From an uncultured delta proteobacterium (GTDB taxonomy: Bacteria > Desulfobacterota > WTBG01), in contig CAVVWZ010000031.1 in assembly GCA_963752035.1 (NCBI GenBank), positions 3,115-67,114 of the forward strand: DNA of 64,000 bases, read 5' to 3'. A model generated the notes under the pieces. That model was not told the origin of the DNA and did no database searches. It saw nothing but the letters and a program-made list of their open reading frames with translations. Below, piece after piece: positions 53,307 to 62,076 of the stretch. Within the stretch, counting starts at the first letter, position 1. Each line of letters starts with the position of its first letter. Made by a program: the position numbers and the translations under genes.

Positions 53307-54770
53307 CTAATCACTGGATGAGTTAGGACTTGTAGTGTGGGGGTTTGGCAGGGGCATTCCTAAAGCGGATAAGTACTGCTCGATCCAGCGAAAAATATTG
53401 TTTCGTCTTACTTCAGCACGTAGTTTTCTCATCCTCCTTTTCCGTTCTTCTTCCTCCATGTAGTATGCCTGGTGAATCCGGTCGGCAACTTCCTCTAAAT
53501 GGAACGGGTTGACCAGCAGAGATGCTTTCCCCAGCTGTTGGGCGGCACCGGCAAATTCACTTAAGATGAGAACACCATCTGTTTCCACACTTGAGGCACA
53601 GTACTCTTTTGCGATCAGGTTCATCCCATCTTTCAGGGGTGTAATCAGGGCGATTTCACTGGTGCGGTAGTAAGCTATGAGCTCTCTGCGGGAAAGGCTC
53701 CTGTATATGTAGAAAATGGGCACCCAGTCATGATAGGTAAATCGACCGTTAATCCTTCCTACCGTCTCATCAATGGTACGTTTCATGTCCTGGTATTCCT
53801 GCACATTGGTTCTGCTCGGAACCACAACCTGTATGAAATTGACTTTACCCCGCAAATCTGGATATTTCTCCAGGAGAAGTGAAAATGCTTCAAGACGTTC
53901 AAGAATGCCTTTGGTATAGTCGAGACGGTCGATCCCCAGTACCAGCTTTCGTTCGGGAAGGCGTTCATGAATGTACCAGGCTTCCTCAGCTACTTCCTTG
54001 GTTGAAGAACTCTGGTTGAATCCATCAAAGTCAATACTTATGGGGAAGCCTCCCACCCGGGTTACCCTGCCGTTGTGCTCAATGATCTGCATGCGTTGTG
54101 GACCGCTCACGAGGGCACCGGGAAACATTCTTCTGACACAACGGATGAAATTCCAGCGGTCCCGTTCGGTCTGAAATCCTACCAGGTCATAGTGCAGTAA
54201 CCCCTCAATCAGTTCTTTGCGCCAGGGCAGGCGCATGAAAAGGTCCCAGGGTGGGAAGGGGATGTGGAGGAAGAAAGCGGTTTTGCCCGGAAACTGCTGC
54301 TGGACGAGGAACTTTCCCACAAGCAGAAGGTGGTAGTCCTGAACCCATATAAGATCCTGTGGAGAGCTCTGTTCCAGGGTTACTTGTGCGAACTTTTGAT
54401 TAACTTTGCAGTACATCTCCCAGGTTTCAGGTTGGAATTGACAGCGGTCTAAAAAATCATGGAAGAGGGGCCAGAGGGTAGTGTTGCTGAACCCCTCGTA
54501 GTACAGCTCCACTTGCTGGGAGGTGAGAGAAACAGGAATTAACCGGTATCCGATTCTGCTGGATTCTTTTTGGAACAGTTTTTTGTGGTAATGACCGCTG
54601 GTAGTCCCGTCCCATCCAATCCAGATCCCTCCCCGGTCCCGGAGGACCGGGGCAAGGGCGGTTACCAAACCGCCAGATCCGGGAATGAGTTCTGATTTTT
54701 TTCCTGTGCGGACTATTTTTACGGGGAGTCGATTTGAAACGATAATGATATTATTTTGTTGCACATCCAT
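53307..54770 (-). CDS. otsA: Alpha,alpha-trehalose-phosphate synthase (GT20)
   Basis: 487 aa with IVSNRLPV, GGLVTAL, WIGW, and C-terminal DGMNLIAKEY motifs. Confidence 0.9.
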   Translation of the reverse strand: MDVQQNNIIIVSNRLPVKIVRTGKKSELIPGSGGLVTALAPVLRDRGGIWIGWDGTTSGHYHKKLFQKESSRIGYRLIPVSLTSQQVELYYEGFSNTTLWPLFHDFLDRCQFQPETWEMYCKVNQKFAQVTLEQSSPQDLIWVQDYHLLLVGKFLVQQQFPGKTAFFLHIPFPPWDLFMRLPWRKELIEGLLHYDLVGFQTERDRWNFIRCVRRMFPGALVSGPQRMQIIEHNGRVTRVGGFPISIDFDGFNQSSSTKEVAEEAWYIHERLPERKLVLGIDRLDYTKGILERLEAFSLLLEKYPDLRGKVNFIQVVVPSRTNVQEYQDMKRTIDETVGRINGRFTYHDWVPIFYIYRSLSRRELIAYYRTSEIALITPLKDGMNLIAKEYCASSVETDGVLILSEFAGAAQQLGKASLLVNPFHLEEVADRIHQAYYMEEEERKRRMRKLRAEVRRNNIFRWIEQYLSALGMPLPNPHTTSPNSSSD

Positions 54771-54850
54771 GCTGAAACCTGAGTAGAGAACGTGAGCGCC
54801 TGTACCAGAAGAAGATGGTTACCACAGAACTGCCCGGAGAATGATATGCT

Positions 54851-55285
54851 TTATCCTCTTCCGGTTCTGAATCGGGGAGTTTTAGCAATGTCTGCAAGGG
54901 AATATCGTTTGGCTGTGTTCAGGAATCTTTCCAGGATTTTCCTCCGTATAACACCGACATATTTTCCTTCTTTCATTACTACCAGACGGGTGCGCCCTGT
55001 TTTTTCAAAGAGCTCCATGCATTTTTCAAGACTATCCTCAGCATCACAGCAATCAAGGGGCGAGGTCATTATGTCCTGTGCCTGGGTTGTTTCAAACTCC
55101 TTGTGTTTCAGGACAGCTCTCAGGAGATCTTTTTCAGTTATGATCCCGACAATATCCTGATTGTCGCTGATGAGAACTGAACCCGCATCTTCATCGATTA
55201 TCTTCTGTGCAATTGTATTGAGATTACTGGTGGCAGGGCAGATGACAGTTTTGGAAAGCATAATAGAAGATACACTGATGTCCAT
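54851..55285 (-). CDS. CBS-pair domain protein
   Basis: 144 aa with two CBS motifs (VGIITEKDLLRAV, VGVIRRKILERF). Confidence 0.8.
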   Translation of the reverse strand: MDISVSSIMLSKTVICPATSNLNTIAQKIIDEDAGSVLISDNQDIVGIITEKDLLRAVLKHKEFETTQAQDIMTSPLDCCDAEDSLEKCMELFEKTGRTRLVVMKEGKYVGVIRRKILERFLNTAKRYSLADIAKTPRFRTGRG

Positions 55286-55370
55286 AATAACCTCCTTTCA
55301 CTATTCTTTAACTATAGCATAAGGAGCAATGCTATACTAGAATTAAATTGCAAAAAGATCTGAAAAAAAC

Positions 55371-55399
55371 TTGACAGGTGCTGGTGAAACATATTATAG
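55371..55399 (+). promoter_or_regulatory. Putative sigma70 promoter of the redox operon (TTGACA-N17-TTATAG, overlapping TATTAT)
   Basis: TTGACA at 55371-55376 with an AT-rich -10 region at 55392-55399. This leaves a leader of about 165 nt before the first start codon. Confidence 0.35.
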
Positions 55400-55567
55400 A
55401 TAGTCCTTGCATTTTTGAGCTCATACCCGTGTACACCCCATGTTTATCATTTTCCGTGTTGGTACGATGGGTGATTGATGCCTGTTTGAGACACCTATCT
55501 ACGGCAGGTTCAGCCGGTAATGCAATACAAACCATAACTATCAGGTAGTGCTAAAAGGAGACGTATT

Positions 55568-55738
55568 GTGATTCAAATAGACAGGGAAACATGTGTCGGT
55601 TGTGGAGGCTGTGTTGATCTCTGCCCCCGGACCGCACTCTGTTTCATTAAGGATCGCGCATTTGTAGATGTGGAATTGTGCTTAGAGTGTAAAACCTGTG
55701 TCAATGTCTGCCCGGTAAAGGCACCCCGAGTACTTTAG
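55568..55738 (+). CDS. 2x[4Fe-4S] ferredoxin (56 aa)
   Basis: GTG start after an AAAGGAG Shine-Dalgarno. The motifs are CVGCGGCVDLCP and CLECKTCVNVCP. It is below the ORF-track length cut-off. Confidence 0.7.
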   Translation: MIQIDRETCVGCGGCVDLCPRTALCFIKDRAFVDVELCLECKTCVNVCPVKAPRVL

Positions 55739-55785
55739 AACCCTGTCGCAGGGTATGAACGAAAACGTTTATTAGATTTACTACT

Positions 55786-56088
55786 TTGTTGAAAGGAGAA
55801 GGGATTTTGGAATCCAGCGTACGGTTTCAAAAAAAGATGATTGAATGCTCACTGCTTGAACAAGACAAGGGGAAACCTTTCCGTTCGGAAGATCGGCCGG
55901 AGTGGACTCCTGAGTGGGATCGCGACAAATGTATCCGCTGTGGACTTTGCTATGTGTATTGTCCCGATGGAGCTGTTTATCGAACTGATGACGGCTTTTT
56001 TGACGTAGACGGAGACAAGTGTAAAGGATGCGGCATTTGCCATAGAGAATGCTGGTTTGGAGCCATCAGCATGGTAGAGGAGGAGTAG
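55786..56088 (+). CDS. PorD-like (2-oxoacid:ferredoxin oxidoreductase delta-type) 2x[4Fe-4S] protein
   Basis: 100 aa with CIRCGLCYVYCP and CKGCGICHRECW motifs, preceded by a W-x-x-W-D-R-D-K-C context typical of PFOR delta subunits. Confidence 0.7.
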   Translation: MLKGEGILESSVRFQKKMIECSLLEQDKGKPFRSEDRPEWTPEWDRDKCIRCGLCYVYCPDGAVYRTDDGFFDVDGDKCKGCGICHRECWFGAISMVEEE

Positions 56089-56090
56089 GT

Positions 56091-56819
56091 ATGGATAAGT
56101 TCAGTCTTTATGTTTCAAATTTCCTGCCGTGCAAGGAATACTTCGTTCCGGAAAAGAACCCGGCCTGTCCAGGATGCGGGCTTGCCCTGGCTATTCGCCA
56201 GACCTATAAGGCACTGGAGAAAGATATTGAAAAGGCAGTCTGGCAGTCCCTGGAGGGAAGTAATGCTGCAGGCAACACCCCTGATATATTTGGAGTAGGG
56301 AAAACAGGTGTTTCATTTTTGAGTATCCCGAAAAAAAGCAAATCACATCTCGTGATATGCCTTGACAATGAGGCAGGGGGATCTCTGGATGATGCTCTGG
56401 AAAAGTCCATGCCATCCCTTGCCGTTGCTGAAGACTTTTCTTATGTGGCAACTGCATGTCCCAGCCATCCCTTCGATCTATATGAAAAGGTGCAGAGAGG
56501 GTTTCAGACGGAAGGAAATTCCTACATTCACATTCTCTGCCCATGTCCTGAGGGCTGGCAATTTGACCCTGACCTCACTGTTAAAGTCGGGCAGTGGGCA
56601 GTTGAAAGCAGGGCTTTCCCGTTGTATGAAGTCGGCGGTGGCGTGTATGATATTACGGTGAAGACGCCTACCCCGAAGGCACTGACTGAGTACCTCACAC
56701 CTCAACTGCGGTTTGAGGGCCTTTCTGATCAAGAGATTGAAAACGCCCAGGAGAGTGTTACTACCGGGTATAAAAAGCTGGAAGAAGCTGTTCAGAGCTA
56801 TCTGGACACGACGGGATAA
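56091..56819 (+). CDS. PorB-like (PFOR beta-type) protein lacking the TPP-binding GDG motif
   Basis: ATG at 56091 follows a GAGGAGGAG Shine-Dalgarno. The N-terminal ACPGCG, LCPCPEGW and AVESRAFPLYE match PFOR beta landmarks. No GDG tripeptide occurs anywhere in the 242 aa. Confidence 0.55.
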   Translation: MDKFSLYVSNFLPCKEYFVPEKNPACPGCGLALAIRQTYKALEKDIEKAVWQSLEGSNAAGNTPDIFGVGKTGVSFLSIPKKSKSHLVICLDNEAGGSLDDALEKSMPSLAVAEDFSYVATACPSHPFDLYEKVQRGFQTEGNSYIHILCPCPEGWQFDPDLTVKVGQWAVESRAFPLYEVGGGVYDITVKTPTPKALTEYLTPQLRFEGLSDQEIENAQESVTTGYKKLEEAVQSYLDTTG

Positions 56820-56870
56820 ATTCCATTTTTCGGCAAGTGGTTACGGATATCTTTAAAAGGAGCTAGAAAA

Positions 56871-57818
56871 ATGTCTGATGTTAAATGGGCACCTGACGGA
56901 AAGAGTATGTTTCAAAAACTGATAAAAGCGGTTCCTGAAGCTATGAGGGACATGGTTAAACCGCAGCTGTTGCAGTTATTGTCGGCAAAAGCCGCCGGGA
57001 AGCCGGTGACCAGTGAAATAATAACCAGAATGGTTCAGGAAGATTTACCAGAGCCTCAGAAGAGTGTGATTATGCAGGCACTCGGTATTGAAAAGCCGGC
57101 TGAAAAGAAGCCCGCAAAGAAGGATGTACCACCTTCAGAGGGTGGTACGGTTCAATTGTCAATGGAGGACAACTGGGAAGGGAACAGTCAGTCCATGTTT
57201 GACCGGATGATCAATGAGGTCCCGGAGGCCCTGAGGGATATTTTCCGCGGAAAGCTGATGGATATTCTCAAACAGAAGGCGAAAGGGGGAGCCTACCAGG
57301 AGTCCCACATTGTAGAGATTGTTAACGAAATCGTTCCGGAGCCTTTTAAATCAAACATCATCAAGGCATTTTCCACCATCGGCGGGGTGGATGTGAGCGC
57401 TGTTAAAGGAATTATTGAAGCTATTCCGGGAGGTCAGGAAACCCTGATCACCCTGCTGCATGCCATACAGGCCCAATATGGCTATGTCCCTGAAGAGGCC
57501 CTGCAGATTGTGAGTCAAAAAAGGGGTGTTTTTATGAGCACCCTCTACCGGTTAGTCAGTTCTTATCAGGCCTTCCGCACGGAGGCACCCAAGAAGTACT
57601 TGGTGAGCATTTGTGACGGTACCGGGTGTCATGTCAACGGTAGTGGAACACTCCTTAAAAAACTCGAAGAGAAAAGTTCATGCACCGATTCCCAAATCAC
57701 CTTAGAAAAGGTTAGATGTCTTGGGTGCTGTGATCTATCACCGGCAGTAATGGTAAACGGAGAGTTGTATGGCGGTCCTGATGCCCAGGCAAAGATTTCA
57801 GAAATTTTAGGGGAATAG
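56871..57818 (+). CDS. NuoE/HydC-like [2Fe-2S] protein with two N-terminal PCP_red-like repeats
   Basis: The C-terminal part carries CDGTGC...CLGCC (thioredoxin-like 2Fe-2S). The N-terminus has two about 70-aa repeats: KWAPDGKSMFQKLIKAVPEAMRDMVK and NWEGNSQSMFDRMINEVPEALRDIFR. Confidence 0.8.
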   Translation: MSDVKWAPDGKSMFQKLIKAVPEAMRDMVKPQLLQLLSAKAAGKPVTSEIITRMVQEDLPEPQKSVIMQALGIEKPAEKKPAKKDVPPSEGGTVQLSMEDNWEGNSQSMFDRMINEVPEALRDIFRGKLMDILKQKAKGGAYQESHIVEIVNEIVPEPFKSNIIKAFSTIGGVDVSAVKGIIEAIPGGQETLITLLHAIQAQYGYVPEEALQIVSQKRGVFMSTLYRLVSSYQAFRTEAPKKYLVSICDGTGCHVNGSGTLLKKLEEKSSCTDSQITLEKVRCLGCCDLSPAVMVNGELYGGPDAQAKISEILGE

Positions 57819-57831
57819 AAGAGAGGATTAT

Positions 57832-59545
57832 ATGAAATTAAAAAAAGCAGATGACCTTACCAAAATCAAAAAAGAGGGAATGCAACTTCTTGCTCCGTCC
57901 AGAACCCGCATAACCGTGGGAATGGCAACCTGCGGGTTAGCGAAGGGGGCAGGAAAGGTTTACGAGGCTTTAAAATATGAACTCAAGAAGCAGAAAGTCA
58001 AGGCTGACCCGGTTGTTGTGGGATGTAATGGCCTCTGCTATGCTGAGCCCATCGTTGAGGTGATTCGACCCGGCAAACCACGCATTACCTATGGAAATGT
58101 CAGCATGGAAAAGATTAATGAGCTGATTGCCTCCATTAAGTCGGGCACAGTCTTAAAAGACCTTGTTCTCATGAGACAGGATAAGTATAAAACAGCAGCG
58201 GGAACCGAATCCCTGCAGTATGCTAAGGGAAAACTCCCTAAGGCTTACTCAGGTGTAAAAGAATCTCAGAAAATTGACTTTTATAAACGCCAGATGAAAC
58301 TGGTGAGCAGCAGTGCCGGCACCATAAGCCCTGACAGTATTGAAGAGTATTGTGCCCTGGGTGGTTACCAGGCACTGGTGAGTGCCCTTACCACTATGGA
58401 TCCGGAAGATGTTATTAAGCAGGTGTCCATTTCAAAACTGAGAGGCCGTGGTGGTGCAGGATTTCCAACCGGCGTTAAGTGGCAGACATGCCGCCAGGCT
58501 GATGATCATACCAAATACATCGTTTGTAACGGCAGTGAAGGTGATCCCGAAATCGGCATGCACCGCAGCTTTCTGGAATCAGACCCCCACCTGGTTATCG
58601 AAGGTATGTTACTTGCCGGCTATGCCGTTGGAGCTCAGGAAGGATATATTTACTTAAATGATAAATATACAGTTGCCCTGGAACGCCTGGAGCGTGCCAT
58701 TGTACAGGCAGAAAAGCTGGGCCTGTTAGGCAAGAATATACTGGGATCAGGGTTTTCTTTTGCCATCAAGGTAAAACGGGGAGGCGGCGCCTATGTGTGC
58801 GGTGAGGAAACCGCACTGCTGAATGCCCTGGAGGGTTCATTTGGTGAGCCACGGCCGAGACCTCCCTATCCGGCGGAGAAAGGACTTTTTGGGAAACCTA
58901 CCGTAGTAAATAATCTCGAAACACTGGCTACTATCCCCGTGATTATTGTCAAAAGGTGGCAAGTGGTTTGCAGGTATTGGCACGCCGGCCAGTAAGGGCA
59001 CTAAAATAGTGGCACTTTCAGGCAACGTTGCACAGAGCTGCTGGGTTGAAGTGCCCCTTGGTACGGGGATTAAGGACGTCATTGACATCTTTGGTAAAGG
59101 TGTGGCAAACGGCAAGAAGATAAAGGCCTTCCAGGCGGGAGGACCTTCGGGGGGGATACTTCCTGCAAAGTCTTTGAAGATGAAACTTGATTATGATCAG
59201 TTGAGCAAGGCAGGGAGTCTGCTTGGCTCAGGTGGACTTCTGGTTATGGATGAAGACACTGATATGCTTGACATGGCCAAGTTTTTTGTTGATTTTTTTG
59301 CAGATGAGTCATGTGGTAAGTGCAGCACATGCAGAGAAGGCTCCAAGCGGCTTCAGGAGATTCTTGAAAGTATTATGGAAGGGCAGGGGACCACGGATCA
59401 TATCAAACTCATCAAACGTTTAGACTCTGCCATGGCAGTTGCCTCCGCCTGTGCGCTTGGCAAGACTGCTGCTCTACCTATAATCTCGGTGCTCAAACAC
59501 TTCCCTAAAGAAATTGAGGGTAGGCTCATTAAAAAGAAAGCATAA
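57832..59545 (+). CDS. NuoF/HydB-like NAD(H)- and FMN-binding Fe-S subunit, frame broken at the A4 run 58951-58954
   Basis: It has an N-terminal thioredoxin-like domain, RGRGGAGFPTGVKW and EGDPE motifs. VNNLETLATIPVIIV then continues as KGGKWFAGIGTPASKGTK in ORF 58946-59545, with the C-terminal CGKCSTCREG cluster. Confidence 0.85.
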
Positions 59546-59584
59546 TGATTTTATGACGTAATGCTAAGATAGGGGATTAATTCT

Positions 59585-60523
59585 ATGGTTAGTTTGAAGA
59601 TAAATGGAAAAAAAGTAAAAGCGGATGAGGGCACAACCATTCTTAAGGCAGCTCGTGCCAATGGTATTGAAATACCGACACTCTGTTCGAATGATGGGCT
59701 TGAGGCCTATGGGGCCTGCCGCCTCTGTATTGTTGAGATAAAAAAAAGCGGAAGGGTCGCCATTGAAACCTCCTGTACCTATCCTGTAGAGGAAGGGCTG
59801 GAGGTAAAAACAAGCACACCCCGTATCATTGACGCGAGAAAGGTGATCGTCGAACTGCATTTGGCACGGTCCCCCAATGTTAAAGTCATAAGCCAGCTGG
59901 CTGAAGAATACGGTATTACAGAAAGTGCCAAGGAGATGGGTAAGGATAATGAGTACTGCATTCTCTGCGGGCTCTGTGTTCGTGCCTGTAATGACGTGGT
60001 AAAGGCGGGGGCTATAAACTTTGCAGGAAGCGGTATTTTTAAGGTGGTTGATTCCCCCTTCAGCAAAACCGCTGATGAGTGTATTGCCTGTGGTTCCTGT
60101 GCATTTGTCTGCCCAACCGGCATTATTAAGAAAAATGATCTGGCATCAACATCCCTTTGTACTCCGGAAGGTTGTGAACCTACAGGTGCTCAGAGGGAAT
60201 TGCTCAACTGGAAGGTAGAGCGTAAATTGAAAGTCTGCAAGAAGTGCCAGAACCCCTATGCACCGGAGTTCCATCTGGAAAAGGTGAAACGTGAACAGAA
60301 CCTTCCCAATGAATTTTTTGATATTTGTCCCTCATGCCGCCAGTATCCGGTCGTTGATCCAGACAAGTGTTTGGGATGTGGTGGCTGTATGGAAAATTGC
60401 CCCTGCGGGGCACTGGAGCTTGAAGACAAAGGGGGTTATGACAAAAAGGCACAGTTGTATCCTCAAAACTGTACCGCCTGTCACAGTTGTGAACTCGTTT
60501 GTCCGATGCAAGCCATTAGCTAA
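59585..60523 (+). CDS. NuoG/HydA N-terminal-type Fe-S protein ([2Fe-2S] plus several [4Fe-4S]) without a catalytic domain
   Basis: 312 aa. It has MVSLKINGKKV...CRLCIVE (2Fe-2S), CILCGLCVRAC, CIACGSCAFVCP, CLGCGGCMENCP and CTACHSCELVCP. It ends after the ferredoxin modules. Confidence 0.8.
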   Translation: MVSLKINGKKVKADEGTTILKAARANGIEIPTLCSNDGLEAYGACRLCIVEIKKSGRVAIETSCTYPVEEGLEVKTSTPRIIDARKVIVELHLARSPNVKVISQLAEEYGITESAKEMGKDNEYCILCGLCVRACNDVVKAGAINFAGSGIFKVVDSPFSKTADECIACGSCAFVCPTGIIKKNDLASTSLCTPEGCEPTGAQRELLNWKVERKLKVCKKCQNPYAPEFHLEKVKREQNLPNEFFDICPSCRQYPVVDPDKCLGCGGCMENCPCGALELEDKGGYDKKAQLYPQNCTACHSCELVCPMQAIS

Positions 60524-60554
60524 AAGGTGATGATAAAAAGGTAAGGAGGATTTA

Positions 60555-61853
60555 ATGACAGAGTATGATCTTGCCATTGTTGGCGCCGGTCCTGGAGGTG
60601 TTCATACTGCCAAGTGGGCAGCCAAGAAAGGCCTTAAAGTTATTCTCATTGAGAAACGAAAAGACATTTCCAAAATTACCCGTTACTGTAGTGAGCATTT
60701 AATTTTAGATGAGGGCTACAATGGGGATACCGTTCTGGTGGATCCTGAGAAAGGGAAGATAACCTCAACGACTGTCGGATGGGAAGTGGACTACAAAGGG
60801 ACTCTGTTTCCCTGTATACACAAATATTACTATTCCCCCAAGGGGAATCCCATCCACTTTGCCTGGCCGGACAACAGACCCTACGCCTACAAGTACGATA
60901 AGGGGTTTCTCCTGCAGAGCCTGCTGGAAGAATGCCTGGCACTGGGAGTGACCTATCAGAATGAAACGTCTGGTTATGATGCCATTGACAGTGCTGACGG
61001 GGTTGAGGTCAAGTGTGTGAGCAAGGGCAAGAAGTTTAAAATAAAAGCAAAAAAACTGGTTATTGCAGATGGATGCAGCACCCGCCTGGGTCAGGCCATG
61101 GGGTTTAATGCAGATCGTGGCTATATGGGCGTTGCACTCTGTATGGCTACCTACATGTCTGGTGTGAAAGAATATGATCCGGCTGAATGGGTGCTCTGGT
61201 ATGGCAGGTGCTATGGTTCAAATATGGCCCCCATTATAGGTACCGGTCCGGCAGGTCATTTTGAGGACTGGGCAGATGTAATTAACCTTGGCAGTGCAGT
61301 GGACTTGCCGGTGAAGGCCTTTGACCGGTTCACTAAAGAAAGTCCCATAGCCGACAGGTTTGCCAATGCCAAAATAGAGGAACGCTACTGTTGCTCGGTC
61401 AAGGCCTTTACACCCATTGCCAGGCCTTGTAAAGGCAATGTGATTATTATAGGTGATTCTGCTGCCTTTGTGGAGGTGCAGGGTCAAGGGGCCTTGAGCT
61501 GCGGTTATAAGGCGGCAGAGGCTATTGCCAAGGAACTTGAGGGTAAAAACGGCTTTGATGAGTACACCAAGTGGTGGATGGATTCATTTGAGTTTAATGA
61601 TGAGGGTATGCTCCAGGTGCAGCAGGGATATGCTTTAATACCCACCTACACTGACGAGGAGGTTGACTACCTCTTCTCACTCTGTTCTGACGTTCTCCTG
61701 GACGGAAGCTTCAGCCAGTATAAATCATCCAGAATGATATGGGATGCCATACTCCGGGACCCAAAAAGAATTGAACGGGAACGCCCGGGCATCTTTACAA
61801 AAATCAAAAATGTACGGGGCACTACCCTAGAAAGCAGCCTTTCAGAAGGCTAG
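60555..61853 (+). CDS. FAD-dependent oxidoreductase, FixC / geranylgeranyl-reductase (COG0644-like) family
   Basis: 432 aa with the N-terminal YDLAIVGAGPGGVHTA...LIEKR dinucleotide fold and an internal IIIGDSAAFV motif. Confidence 0.75.
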   Translation: MTEYDLAIVGAGPGGVHTAKWAAKKGLKVILIEKRKDISKITRYCSEHLILDEGYNGDTVLVDPEKGKITSTTVGWEVDYKGTLFPCIHKYYYSPKGNPIHFAWPDNRPYAYKYDKGFLLQSLLEECLALGVTYQNETSGYDAIDSADGVEVKCVSKGKKFKIKAKKLVIADGCSTRLGQAMGFNADRGYMGVALCMATYMSGVKEYDPAEWVLWYGRCYGSNMAPIIGTGPAGHFEDWADVINLGSAVDLPVKAFDRFTKESPIADRFANAKIEERYCCSVKAFTPIARPCKGNVIIIGDSAAFVEVQGQGALSCGYKAAEAIAKELEGKNGFDEYTKWWMDSFEFNDEGMLQVQQGYALIPTYTDEEVDYLFSLCSDVLLDGSFSQYKSSRMIWDAILRDPKRIERERPGIFTKIKNVRGTTLESSLSEG

Positions 61854-61875
61854 ATTGTGACGTATACTCAGTAAA

Positions 61876-61908
61876 AGCCAGGGGGGAATAACTACCCTGG
61901 CTTTTTTT
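61876..61908 (+). terminator. Rho-independent terminator of the redox operon
   Basis: AGCCAGGG...CCCTGGCT stem followed by T7. Confidence 0.8.
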
Positions 61909-62076
61909 ACTTATCAAGTACTATGTCGTTGACATAGTACGTAAAAGATGTTATCAACCATTATTAGAACGCGTTACAATTTCCCTGGCTGGTAGTGGTA
62001 CACACAGGTTTTTAATTGAATTTCATGTGTTGCCCGGTCTTAATATGTTTGATAACTAGTGAATGGAGGACGGTTT

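Noticed and set aside
55400-55567. A leader of about 165 nt upstream of the redox operon, examined for a riboswitch (cobalamin, Moco/Wco, THF and similar).
   Set aside because: I could not recognise any signature box or convincing conserved stem architecture by eye. A covariance-model scan is needed before any claim.
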